This document shows positions 1 through 9,404 of a stretch of 20,775 bases of DNA, one piece after another; position 1 is the first letter of the stretch, and the number at the start of each line of letters is the position of its first letter. The position numbers and the translations under genes are program-made. The notes under the pieces were generated by a model, which worked only from the letters and a program-made list of their open reading frames with translations, made no database searches and was not told where the DNA came from. Source of the DNA: Tubiluchus corallicola (lineage: Eukaryota > Animalia > Priapulida); the NCBI GenBank assembly GCA_030141605.1, contig JAQGDQ010002482.1, positions 1 to 20,775 on the forward strand, given 5' to 3'.

Positions 1-2068
1 GAACATTAGGGTCTTGAACATATATTCGTAAAGAGTCTATACTTGTCATTTTAACGGCAAATTTTTCATATTCAAATAGATATTTTTTGCCTATGGACTC
101 AATTCCTCCTGAAAACAGACTACCGTCAAACTCTATATTTCTATTTTTTTTCAGTTGTATCTGTGCTTTATCTGCAATAATATACGTCTTTAGTGGCTCT
201 GATAGAAAAAATTTGTCTAATCCAAAAATGTTTATCACTTGGTTGGATAGATTATATTTTGATTTTTTTAGTGATTTGGAAGGGATGATTAGATAATCAT
301 AATCTTTTTTCTTTTTTCTGGACAAAACAAAGTGTTCCATTTTATCCTTTACTTTAATTTTTCCTGTTAGAGAGTTATACTCTATAAAGTCTCTGTATGC
401 TAAAAACAGAACGCCACTTGTAACGGCATTTTCATTTAGGTTGTATTCTTTTATTATGTCTTTTATATAAAATTCCTTACTATTTTTTTTTATAGAAAAA
501 TTGTATACCAGATACAAGGGATTGAAGCTAAATACACCTCCACCTTCAAGCTCATTAATCATTCTAACGTCATAATACTCTTGTGAAAAAAACAAGGTAG
601 GAAACTCATCGCCGGCACTTAACATACTTATAAACATAACGTCTTCTTTCAACAGCCATTCTATCATCTCCGAGTCTATAAATACCTTGTGATGTGAGGA
701 AGTGTATGGGCATAAAATAAAACCGCCTTGTTCTTTCACGACAACAATTTTCTTTTGAGGCAAATAAAATCTAAACTTAACGGAAGGGTGAGTGATAGAG
801 TCGCCTTTGTTATTAAGGGATATGTGGGTGTTTCTTCCTAAAATTGTGGAATCTTGAAACAAAAACCTATTAGCTTTGGCAGTAAACCTTGTCACCTCTC
901 TTACTATTCCAAATTTATCCTTTCTTTTCTCTATAAGTTGAAGAGTGCCCTTTTTTCCAGAATTAGAGGTTCCTACAATGTCTTTTCCCATAATGGAGAG
1001 TCCACCCCTGTAGTATAAATCTTTCATTTTAATATTTTTCAAAAAAATATTGTCATCAAATGATAAGAAGAATAAAAAAGGGTTTAATAAGTCTTTTCTC
1101 CGAGCACTTCTAAATGAGAAAATACCAGCTATGGGAGTTGCAAGTATCCCAGAAAATGTAAATAACACATTATCTGATGATAGTTCAGGGCGCCTAATAT
1201 TAAAATAGTAGTCATTAAACATTACGTATGTTTTTTTAGGATCAAAGCCAGACGCTTTCCATCCAATTTTACCTCCTTTTCCTATAAATACATTTTTGCT
1301 TATATCTAATATTCCAGTGGTATTTTGCAAAGTCACAGAATCCCAAGTAGTAGCAAAAGTCAAATCAACTTTGCTAAAAGTAATGACGGCTCCTTGTGGA
1401 GAGGGGATAGTTTTAGTCTTTTTAGTTATGTTCTTTTTTATTCCCTCCATTTGTTGTGTTATCGCTTCATCTGCCTTCTCATCGGATGTTTCTTGTTTCC
1501 ATAATCCTTTTTTTTCTACTTTTATCGCTTCATTTTTTTCAGTGTTACTTTGTTTGTTTGGGCTTCTTATAAATGCAAAATCATAACTACCATGATTGTC
1601 GTAATAAAGTCTGTTGTAGTTTTCAAAAACAGAGCTTTTTTCAAAAAAATTATGTAATGTTTTTAGTTCATGAGCAATTGCCTTATTGTTATATTGCTCT
1701 GTTGATTTTAACAACATTGCAAGTAAGTTGTTGATTTTTCTTTCTTCCAATTGATTCTTTGTAGTTGTGAGCATTATGGAATAGAAGTGTCGAAAACATG
1801 GCTGTAAAGGGACTCCTTTTTTTGTTAGCTGATCGCTAATTTGTATGATTAAGGATTGTTGCTGAGAAGAAAACGTTTTTCGTTGCCATGCGCTTTTAAA
1901 ATTTAATGCTAATGTTTTCGCCTCATCATCATTAACATTTTTGAATAGGGCTATTACTTTATCTCCATATGTAGAAACAACAGTATCAAAGGCTTTATTT
2001 TGAGCAAACAACTCTTGGCAACAGCAAAACATTAAAAATATTAATGTAACTTTTTTTGTAACCCTCAT
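1..2068 (-). CDS. Large secreted/outer-membrane-associated hypothetical protein of Bacteroidota, N-terminal >689 aa (3' end outside window)
   Basis: Hand translation from ATG at 2068: MRVTKKVTLIFLMFCCCQELFAQNKAFD... (basic N-terminus, hydrophobic core, LFA|Q cleavage-like site). The frame stays open to base 1 (...QLKKNRNIEFDGSLFSGGIESIGKKYLFEYEKFAVKMTSIDSLRIYVQDPNV). It is absent from the ORF track because it has no stop in the window. A -7 promoter box lies upstream. Confidence 0.85.
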   Translation of the reverse strand, partial: MRVTKKVTLIFLMFCCCQELFAQNKAFDTVVSTYGDKVIALFKNVNDDEAKTLALNFKSAWQRKTFSSQQQSLIIQISDQLTKKGVPLQPCFRHFYSIMLTTTKNQLEERKINNLLAMLLKSTEQYNNKAIAHELKTLHNFFEKSSVFENYNRLYYDNHGSYDFAFIRSPNKQSNTEKNEAIKVEKKGLWKQETSDEKADEAITQQMEGIKKNITKKTKTIPSPQGAVITFSKVDLTFATTWDSVTLQNTTGILDISKNVFIGKGGKIGWKASGFDPKKTYVMFNDYYFNIRRPELSSDNVLFTFSGILATPIAGIFSFRSARRKDLLNPFLFFLSFDDNIFLKNIKMKDLYYRGGLSIMGKDIVGTSNSGKKGTLQLIEKRKDKFGIVREVTRFTAKANRFLFQDSTILGRNTHISLNNKGDSITHPSVKFRFYLPQKKIVVVKEQGGFILCPYTSSHHKVFIDSEMIEWLLKEDVMFISMLSAGDEFPTLFFSQEYYDVRMINELEGGGVFSFNPLYLVYNFSIKKNSKEFYIKDIIKEYNLNENAVTSGVLFLAYRDFIEYNSLTGKIKVKDKMEHFVLSRKKKKDYDYLIIPSKSLKKSKYNLSNQVINIFGLDKFFLSEPLKTYIIADKAQIQLKKNRNIEFDGSLFSGGIESIGKKYLFEYEKFAVKMTSIDSLRIYVQDPNV

Positions 2069-2103
2069 ATTATTGTTATAAAGTTTAACGACTATCCTTG
2101 TAA

Positions 2104-2111
2104 CAAAGATA
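2104..2111 (-). promoter_or_regulatory. Bacteroidota -7 promoter element (TAnnTTTG) for the large hypothetical gene
   Basis: Minus strand reads TATCTTTG, 35 nt upstream of the ATG at 2068. Confidence 0.6.
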
Positions 2112-2348
2112 TGAATAAGAATTAATAAAAAAGCTAAAATTTTTTGTTTTTTTGGAATCTATCTTGAGGTTTGGTAATGTTTGTGTCGGTAGTGCTAACA
2201 GAGGCTATTCTTGAAAAATATAGGTAGCAGTAATAACTCGTTGAGTGGTGGTATTATCAACGTAAAAAATAGTTTAGATTAAAAAGTTTTGTCTTTTGGC
2301 TTTTTTTGGCTACCTTGGGGTAAAATTTATATTAAAACATTAAAAATT

Positions 2349-3008
2349 ATGAAAGGTTTTATTTTTGATTTAGATGGAGTATTGGTAGATACGGCTAAGT
2401 ATCATTTTTTGGCATGGAGAAAATTAGCTAATGACTTGGGATTTGATTTCACAGAGGAGCAAAACGAACAGCTTAAAGGCATTAGCCGAAAGCAATCGCT
2501 AGAAATTTTGCTTAAAATAGGAAAAGTAGATGCCTTAGGTGAAGAAAAAGAGAAGTTTATGGACAAAAAAAATCAATGTTTTGTCAACTACATAAACGAA
2601 ATGAATAGAGAAGAGTTGATGCCGGGCTCTGAAGAGTTTTTAAAGGAGGTTAAAAAAAATAACTTAAAAATAATTTTAGGTTCTGCAAGCAAAAATGCTA
2701 TTACGATTCTTAATAAATTAGAAATTGTAGATTATTTTGATGCTATTGTTGATGGAACAAAAGTGACAAAAGCAAAACCAGATCCAGAAGTATTCTTGAA
2801 AGGAGCAGAAGAGACAGATATTTTGCCTAAAAACTGTGTTGTTTTTGAGGATGCACAAGCAGGAGTTGAAGCTGCTTTGGAGGCAAATATGCTTTGTGTG
2901 GGAATAGGCAAGCCATCTGTATTGAATAAAGCTCATATTGTAGTTCCTGATTTGTCAAAAATTACAGTTGAAGAAGTACTGAGTAGGATGGCTGGTCGTA
3001 GAAAATAA
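2349..3008 (+). CDS. pgmB: Beta-phosphoglucomutase (HAD superfamily)
   Basis: Motifs IFDLDGVLVDTAKYHFLAW, GSASKNA, KAKPDPEVFL and VFEDAQAGVEAA. The ATG at 2349 (MKGFIFDLDG) fits the family start better than the TTG at 2289. Confidence 0.92.
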   Translation: MKGFIFDLDGVLVDTAKYHFLAWRKLANDLGFDFTEEQNEQLKGISRKQSLEILLKIGKVDALGEEKEKFMDKKNQCFVNYINEMNREELMPGSEEFLKEVKKNNLKIILGSASKNAITILNKLEIVDYFDAIVDGTKVTKAKPDPEVFLKGAEETDILPKNCVVFEDAQAGVEAALEANMLCVGIGKPSVLNKAHIVVPDLSKITVEEVLSRMAGRRK

Positions 3009-3049
3009 CGCACAAAGCAATTTTGGCAGTTGTAGTTTTGGGCTTTTAT

Positions 3050-3418
3050 TTAAGGTTTTGCCTTAGTTTTTCTTTTAACTCTAAACAAGCTTGATATTGC
3101 TCGCAACATTTTTTTTTCTTTTTCCCAAAAAAACTTGAATTGCCCAAATATTGTTCCGTAAAAGAGTAGTAATATTTGATAGGCGGGAAATACAAACAAA
3201 ATATATGTGAAAGTTTTGATGGCAGTAGATGTGTCATTATCAAAACCAAGTAAATTAAAAAAGCTTTTTCTTAAAAACACCACAGAGTAACCAGTAATAG
3301 AAAAAACAACTAATATTATAATTACTTGCTTAATGCTATTTACTCCCCATTTGTGTTGCATTTTTTTTAACAAACCCTTCTTATGATGTGTATGTTTTTT
3401 TTTGCTTGTATTGTCCAT
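3050..3418 (-). CDS. DUF6787-family small membrane protein
   Basis: KWGVNSIKQVIIILVVFSITG...FPAYQILLLFYGTIFGQFKFFWEKEKKM, with two hydrophobic segments; typical of this Bacteroidota family. Confidence 0.8.
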   Translation of the reverse strand: MDNTSKKKHTHHKKGLLKKMQHKWGVNSIKQVIIILVVFSITGYSVVFLRKSFFNLLGFDNDTSTAIKTFTYILFVFPAYQILLLFYGTIFGQFKFFWEKEKKMLRAISSLFRVKRKTKAKP

Positions 3419-3433
3419 CTATTATGGAATAAT

Positions 3434-4426
3434 TTATTTTTTTATGTAGTTGTTAAAGGATGCGTGCTCCTTAAAAGATATTTCTTCACTTGGTAGTGCT
3501 TTGAAATAATCAAACGTCTTTTTAATGCCTTCACTCCTTGAAATAGTAGGTTTCCAATTGAGCAACTTTTTAGCAAGAGTTATGTCTGGTTGCCTTTTCA
3601 ATGGGTCGTCTTTTGGCAATGGTTTATAGACTACTTTTTGTTTTGATTTTGTGAGTTTAATTATTTCTTGGGCAAACTCGTTGATAGTAATTTCTTCAGG
3701 ATTGCCTATATTTACTGGATGAGTATGAGAAGAGAAGAGTAATCTATAAATTCCTTCAATCAAGTCATCTACAAAGCAGAATGATCTTGTTTGTGTACCG
3801 TCACCAAATATAGTTAAGTTTTCTTTTCGTAATGCTTGTCCTATAAATGTGGGCAATACTCGTCCATCATTTAGCCTCATTTTTGGCCCATATGTGTTAA
3901 AAATACGCACAATGCGAATATCTACATTATGAACCTTACGATATGCTGTTGCTACAGCTTCTTGAAATCGCTTGGCTTCATCATACACACTTCTTGGCCC
4001 TATTGGATTTACATTCCCCCAATAGGTTTCTTTTTGAGGGTGTTCCAAAGGATCTCCGTAAACTTCTGATGTTGAGGCGATTAAAATTCTTGATTTTTTT
4101 TCCTTTGCTAACCCTAAAAGGTTTATGACTCCTAAGGAACTGGTTTTAAGTGTTTGAATAGGAATTTTTAAATAGTCAATAGGGCTAGCTGGTGAAGCAA
4201 AATGCAATATATAATCTAACTTTCCGGGTATGTGTATGAAATTGGATACATCGTGTTTATGAAATATAAAAGACGGTTCGTAAAATAAATCTTCTAAATT
4301 TTTCAGGTTTCCTGTAATTAAATTGTCCACTCCAATTACGTCAAATCCTTCTTTTAGAAATCTAGCACTTAAATGTGAACCTAAAAAACCTGCGGCACCT
4401 GTAATTAATACTCTTTTTTTTTTCAT
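3434..4426 (-). CDS. UDP-glucuronate decarboxylase (UDP-xylose synthase-like extended SDR)
   Basis: [10 protein letters not shown] Rossmann motif, [40 protein letters not shown] (YxxxK), [18 protein letters not shown]. Confidence 0.92.
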   Translation of the reverse strand: MKKKRVLITGAAGFLGSHLSARFLKEGFDVIGVDNLITGNLKNLEDLFYEPSFIFHKHDVSNFIHIPGKLDYILHFASPASPIDYLKIPIQTLKTSSLGVINLLGLAKEKKSRILIASTSEVYGDPLEHPQKETYWGNVNPIGPRSVYDEAKRFQEAVATAYRKVHNVDIRIVRIFNTYGPKMRLNDGRVLPTFIGQALRKENLTIFGDGTQTRSFCFVDDLIEGIYRLLFSSHTHPVNIGNPEEITINEFAQEIIKLTKSKQKVVYKPLPKDDPLKRQPDITLAKKLLNWKPTISRSEGIKKTFDYFKALPSEEISFKEHASFNNYIKK

Positions 4427-4438
4427 TTTTTGGGGCTT

Positions 4439-5739
4439 TTATCGTCCTATACTAAAATAATCAAAGTTTTCTTTTTTTACTTCTTGTGGATTAAGTATAT
4501 TTCTACCATCAAAAATAACGTTGTTATTTAGCAAATTACGCATTTTTTCAAAATCTAATTGGCCAAACAAAGGCCATTCAGTAGCAATAAATAACGCATC
4601 TGCATTTTTTAATGCACTATATGGGTCTTTACAAAGTTTTATTTTGTCTCCCATTATTTTTTCCACGTTACTCATTGCTTCAGGGTCAAATGCTTGTATG
4701 TTAACTCCCCATTCAAGCAATCTGTTTATGTTTTCTAATGCTGGAGCTTCTCGTATATCATCAGTGTATGGCTTAAAAGCTAATCCCCAAACAGCAATGG
4801 TTTTCCCTTTTAGATTGCTATTAAAATATTGCTTTATTTTTCCTAATAACTTTGTTTTTTGTGTGCTATTAACGAGTATTGTTGACTTTAACAACTTAAA
4901 ATCATAGCCATACTCATTTGATGATTTAACTAATGCTTGTACATCTTTTGGAAAACAACTTCCACCATATCCTATGCCTGCATTAAGAAAAGAGCCATTT
5001 ATTCTTAAATCTGTGCCAATGCCTTTTTTTATAGAATCAACATTTGCCCCTACTTTCTCACATAAATTAGCAATTTCATTCATAAATGTAATTTTTGTAG
5101 CTAGGAAAGAGTTGGCAGCATATTTTGTTAATTCTGCAGATTTTTCATCCATAAAAATTATAGGTATACCTTGCTTTGTTAGCGGCAAATATAATTTTTC
5201 TATAATTTTTTTGGCTTTTTCCGAACGAGTGCCAATAACCACTCTATCAGGTTGCATAAAGTCATTTACGGCAGCACCCTCTCTCAAAAATTCAGGATTA
5301 GAGACAACATCAAACTCAGCAGTTGCATTTTTTTTAATCTCCTCCTTCACCTTTTTAGCAGTACCCACAGGAACAGTGCTTTTGTTGACAATAACTTTAT
5401 AGTCAGTCAATAGTTTTCCTATTTTATTGGCTATTCCTATAACATATTTCAAATCTGCAGAGCCGTCTTCATCAGATGGGGTTGGCAATGCTAAAAATAC
5501 TATTTCTGCATTTTCAATTCCCTTTGCTAGACTTGTAGTAAACTGCAATCGTTTTTGTTTAATGTTTTTGTAAGCAGATCCTTTAAGTTGTTTTCATAGA
5601 TGCAAGGATTCCCTTCAGATAACATAGAAACTTTTTCTTCATCTATGTCTACACATGTAACGTGATTGCCCAACTCTGCCAAACAAGTACCTGTTACCAA
5701 ACCTACATACCCGCTTCCAATAATAGAAATGTTATTCAT
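4439..5739 (-). CDS. ugd: UDP-glucose 6-dehydrogenase, split by a 1-nt frameshift at ~5565-5569
   Basis: The N-part (5739-) has IIGSGYVGLVTG. The C-part has NKSTVPVGTA, SNPEFLREG, catalytic GYGGSCFPKD, WGLAFKPYTDDIREAP and FDGRN. Adding one A to the A5 run restores ...LLTKNIKQKRLQFTT... and a 433-aa protein. Confidence 0.9.
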
Positions 5740-5789
5740 TGTGATTGATTTACAAATGGGTTAAAAATTATTCAAGCCAAACTAAATGC

Positions 5790-7679
5790 TTATTGAACTT
5801 CGTCTGTACTATTGTTGCCACCATCAACTTTATTGTCACTCTTTTTCTTCTTCTCTTCTTCCTTTTCCTCTTCTTTCTTCTTTTTTGCTGCTTTTTTCTT
5901 CTTTTCTTCTTTTATTGTTTCCTCCATTTGCTCTTTAATCTCTTTTAGGCCGTCAACTTGCATTCCTAAAGTATCGGCAGTATTTGTCTGTTTTTTAGGT
6001 TTTGTTTTTTTAGGTTTTTGCTCTTCTGGAGCTTTATTTTCGCTTGTTTTTTCCCAAGTGATTTTATGCGAGAGGAGTATTTTTTTCTCGTCTTTAAGAA
6101 AATCCATAACCTTAAACTTTAATACTTCGCCTATTTCTATGGGAGTTTTGTCTTCTTTTTCTACATGTCTAGCGTCTACATAGCCTTCTACTCCGTATGG
6201 CAATTCTAAAATTGCTCCTTTGTTTGTTTTGCTTAGTATGGTACAATCATGCACAGTTCCTTTGGCAAATATAACATCAAAGGTATCCCATGGGTTTTCT
6301 TCAAGCTGCTTATGTCCTAGGGATAGTCTTCTGTTTTCTATATCCAACTCTAATACCTTTACTTCTAATGTGTCGCCCACTTTGACAAACTCGCTAGGGT
6401 GTTTGATTTTTTTTGTCCAACTTAAATCAGACACATGCACAAGTCCATCTATTCCTTCTTCTAGTTCTATAAACAAGCCAAAATTTGTTAAATTTCTAAT
6501 TGTTCCTTTATGGGCTGTTCCTGGGGCATATTTAGTGCTGATGTCTTCTCTTGACCATGGGTCAGGTGTAAGTTGCTTAATGCTTAATGATATTTTTCTT
6601 TCTTCTCTATCAAGAGTTAATACTTTTGCTTCAATTTCATCATTTATGGATATAAACTCTTGTGGATTTCTAATGTGCTGAGACCAAGACATTTCCAATA
6701 CATGAATTAATCCTTCTACTCCTGGTATTATTTCTAAGAAAACGCCATAATCTGCAACATTTACTATTTTTCCTTTCACTATAGACCCTACCTCAATGTC
6801 GTTAGGTAATGACTCCCATGGGTGTGGAGTGAGTTGCTTCATACCTAAAGAGATTCGCTTTTTCTCTTCATCAAAGCTGAGCACAACAACATTTATTTTT
6901 TGATCTAATTTTAGCAAATTGTCTGGATGGCTTATACGTCCCCATGAAATATCTGTAATGTGTAATAGCCCATCAACCCCACCAAGGTCAATAAATGCTC
7001 CGAAGTTAGTCATATTCTTGATAGTTCCTTCCAATACTTGTCCTACTTCAAGATTGTCTAATATTTTAGATCTTTGATCATCTAGGTCTTTTTCTATCAA
7101 CATTTTGTGAGATGCAACTATATTATCATTAGTATAGTTTATTTTTACTATTTTCACCTCCATTGTCTTTCCGACAAACATATCAAAGTCTCTAATTGGC
7201 TTTACGTCTATTTGCGAGCCCGGCAAAAACGCTTCAATTCCTAAAAGATCAATAATTAACCCTCCTTTGGTGCGGCGTTTTATTAAACCTTCTAATACTT
7301 TATCATTATCAAATGCATCTTGTACTTCGTTCCATGCTTTGAATATTTTTGCTTTTTTTCTTGAAAGTATAACTTCTCCTTTAGCATTCTCTTTTTCTTC
7401 AATATATACGTCTATTTCATCGCCCACATTTATGCTTTCTGCGTCTCTAAACTCATTAACAGGTATTAATCCATCGGCTTTGAATCCTATGCTTACTATC
7501 ACATCGCGGTCAGTAACTCCTATTATTTTGCCTTGAACGACTTGCTTGTCTTCTATTTGAAAGAATGATTCTTCAATTTGTTTTTCTAATTCAGCTCTTT
7601 TTTCTGCAGAATATTCATCATCAAAAGCGGCGTCTTGTTCAGCATCCCATATGTTTTTTTCTTCTTCTTGTATACTCAT
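5790..7679 (-). CDS. rpsA: 30S ribosomal protein S1
   Basis: Six S1 repeats ([56 protein letters not shown]) plus a Lys/Glu-rich tail. Confidence 0.97.
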   Translation of the reverse strand: MSIQEEEKNIWDAEQDAAFDDEYSAEKRAELEKQIEESFFQIEDKQVVQGKIIGVTDRDVIVSIGFKADGLIPVNEFRDAESINVGDEIDVYIEEKENAKGEVILSRKKAKIFKAWNEVQDAFDNDKVLEGLIKRRTKGGLIIDLLGIEAFLPGSQIDVKPIRDFDMFVGKTMEVKIVKINYTNDNIVASHKMLIEKDLDDQRSKILDNLEVGQVLEGTIKNMTNFGAFIDLGGVDGLLHITDISWGRISHPDNLLKLDQKINVVVLSFDEEKKRISLGMKQLTPHPWESLPNDIEVGSIVKGKIVNVADYGVFLEIIPGVEGLIHVLEMSWSQHIRNPQEFISINDEIEAKVLTLDREERKISLSIKQLTPDPWSREDISTKYAPGTAHKGTIRNLTNFGLFIELEEGIDGLVHVSDLSWTKKIKHPSEFVKVGDTLEVKVLELDIENRRLSLGHKQLEENPWDTFDVIFAKGTVHDCTILSKTNKGAILELPYGVEGYVDARHVEKEDKTPIEIGEVLKFKVMDFLKDEKKILLSHKITWEKTSENKAPEEQKPKKTKPKKQTNTADTLGMQVDGLKEIKEQMEETIKEEKKKKAAKKKKEEEKEEEKKKKSDNKVDGGNNSTDEVQ

Positions 7680-7780
7680 GTGTTCCCTACATTTTAGTTA
7701 TATTCAATAGTTTAATAGGGCTAAACTACTGAATTTTAGGTTAAACCATTAATTTAAATCGTTTGACAATCAATCAAACT
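7680..7780 (-). promoter_or_regulatory. Structured rpsA 5' leader (two hairpins, possible pseudoknot)
   Basis: mRNA strand: GTTTGAT-TGATT-GTCAAAC (7779-7761) and TTCAGTAGTTTAG-CCCTA-TTAAACTATTGAA (7733-7703). The loop CCCTA is complementary to TAGGG at 7689-7685. Confidence 0.5.
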
Positions 7781-7785
7781 TCTCA

Positions 7786-7793
7786 CAAAGGTA
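7786..7793 (-). promoter_or_regulatory. Bacteroidota -7 promoter element for rpsA
   Basis: Minus strand reads TACCTTTG, matching TAnnTTTG, directly ahead of the first leader hairpin. Confidence 0.65.
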
Positions 7794-7910
7794 AAACTTT
7801 AAAATTAATCTATATTTATTTATATCTTTTTTTTTAATTTTTAAACTGCTAACTTGCACTTTCCTATTTTCATTTAGATATAGATCAAAAGTAATAAGCC
7901 TATAAATATT

Positions 7911-9404
7911 GTGAACAGAAATTTAAGAATTTATAACTCTCTTTCTCGTCAAAAAGAAATATTTACCCCTATAACCCCCCCTTATGTAGGCATGTATGTA
8001 TGTGGTCCTACTGTCTATAGCGATGTTCATATTGGCAATATACGAACGTTTATATGTTTTGATGTGATATATAGATATTTGAAATATTTAAATTACAAAG
8101 TTCGCTACATTCGTAACATTACTGATGTAGGGCATTTAACGGGAGATGCTGACGATGGAGAGGATAAGATTGGAAGAAAAGCAAAATTAGAAAACATTGA
8201 GCCGATGGAGGTTGTACAGAGGTATACTAATGATTTTCACCGTACAATGAAGACGTTTAATGTACTAGAGCCTAATATAGAACCAACAGCAACGGGGCAT
8301 ATTGTAGAACAGATTGAATTTATAAAGCAATTGATAGAGAAGGGGATAGGGTATGAAGTAAACGGGTCTGTCTATTTTGATGTAAAAAAATATAATAAAA
8401 CGCATAATTATGGAAAACTATCAGGAAGGGTGCTGGATGAGCTGAGAGCAGGAACAAGGGAAATAGAGGGGCAGAGTGAAAAAAAAGATAGTGTGGACTT
8501 TGCCGTATGGAAAAAAGCGAGTGAACAGCATATTATGCAATGGGAGTCTCCTTGGGGAAGAGGGTTTCCTGGATGGCATTTGGAATGCTCTGTGATGAGC
8601 ACTAAGTATTTAGGGAATGAATTTGATATACATGGAGGGGGAATGGACTTAAAGTTCCCTCATCACGAATGCGAAATAGCTCAAACTGTGGCTTGCAATG
8701 GTAAAGACCCTGTAAAGTATTGGATACATGCCAATATGCTTACGGTTAATGGGAAAAAAATGAGTAAGTCATTAGGAAACTCTTTTTTACCTAATGAGTT
8801 ATTTACAGGCAATCATCCATTATTAGATAGGGCTTATAGCCCAATGGCAATTCGTTTTTTTATGCTACAATCACACTATAGCAGCACATTAGATATATCT
8901 AATGATGCGTTGATGGCTGCTTTAAAGGGATATAAAAGGCTAATTAATGGGTTGAGAATAGCCAAGAAATTAAGCTTTTCTCAATCAGGTGGAAACATTA
9001 CGATTAATGAAAAGAAAACAAGTGAGGCGTTGAAACTTATTGACAACTGCCACTGTGCAATAAGTGATGATTTCAATACTGCGCTAACTATTGCCCATTT
9101 ATTTAGTTTGCTAAAAATCATTCAATTACTTTATAATGATCAATTAAAACATGAAGAATTAGGGGAGGAGTGTTTTAATAAAGTACAATCTACTTATATC
9201 ACTTTTATTGAAGATATTTTGGGTATTAAAGAGGAAGAAGATTTTAATAAAGAAGACTACATAGAGGTGTTAATACAACTGTATGCAGATGCAAAGCAAA
9301 ACAAACAGTACGACAAGGTAGATTCTATTCGCAATAGCTTAAAACAGTTAGGAATTGTGCTTAAAGACATGAAAAAAGGAATAGATTGGGGATATAATGA
9401 GTGA
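7911..9404 (+). CDS. cysS: Cysteine--tRNA ligase
   Basis: MYVCGPTVY, HIGN, GFPGWHLECSVM, DIHGGGMDLKFPHHECE and KMSKS motifs. Confidence 0.97.
   Translation: MNRNLRIYNSLSRQKEIFTPITPPYVGMYVCGPTVYSDVHIGNIRTFICFDVIYRYLKYLNYKVRYIRNITDVGHLTGDADDGEDKIGRKAKLENIEPMEVVQRYTNDFHRTMKTFNVLEPNIEPTATGHIVEQIEFIKQLIEKGIGYEVNGSVYFDVKKYNKTHNYGKLSGRVLDELRAGTREIEGQSEKKDSVDFAVWKKASEQHIMQWESPWGRGFPGWHLECSVMSTKYLGNEFDIHGGGMDLKFPHHECEIAQTVACNGKDPVKYWIHANMLTVNGKKMSKSLGNSFLPNELFTGNHPLLDRAYSPMAIRFFMLQSHYSSTLDISNDALMAALKGYKRLINGLRIAKKLSFSQSGGNITINEKKTSEALKLIDNCHCAISDDFNTALTIAHLFSLLKIIQLLYNDQLKHEELGEECFNKVQSTYITFIEDILGIKEEEDFNKEDYIEVLIQLYADAKQNKQYDKVDSIRNSLKQLGIVLKDMKKGIDWGYNE

Noticed and set aside
87-1586. Plus-strand ORFs 87..296 and 1296..1586
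   Set aside because: Antisense shadows of the long minus-strand CDS at 1..2068; no recognisable motifs.
1887-1893. CATGCGC, complementary to the tRNA acceptor 5' strand
   Set aside because: Lies inside a CDS with no T arm before it; a chance 7-mer.
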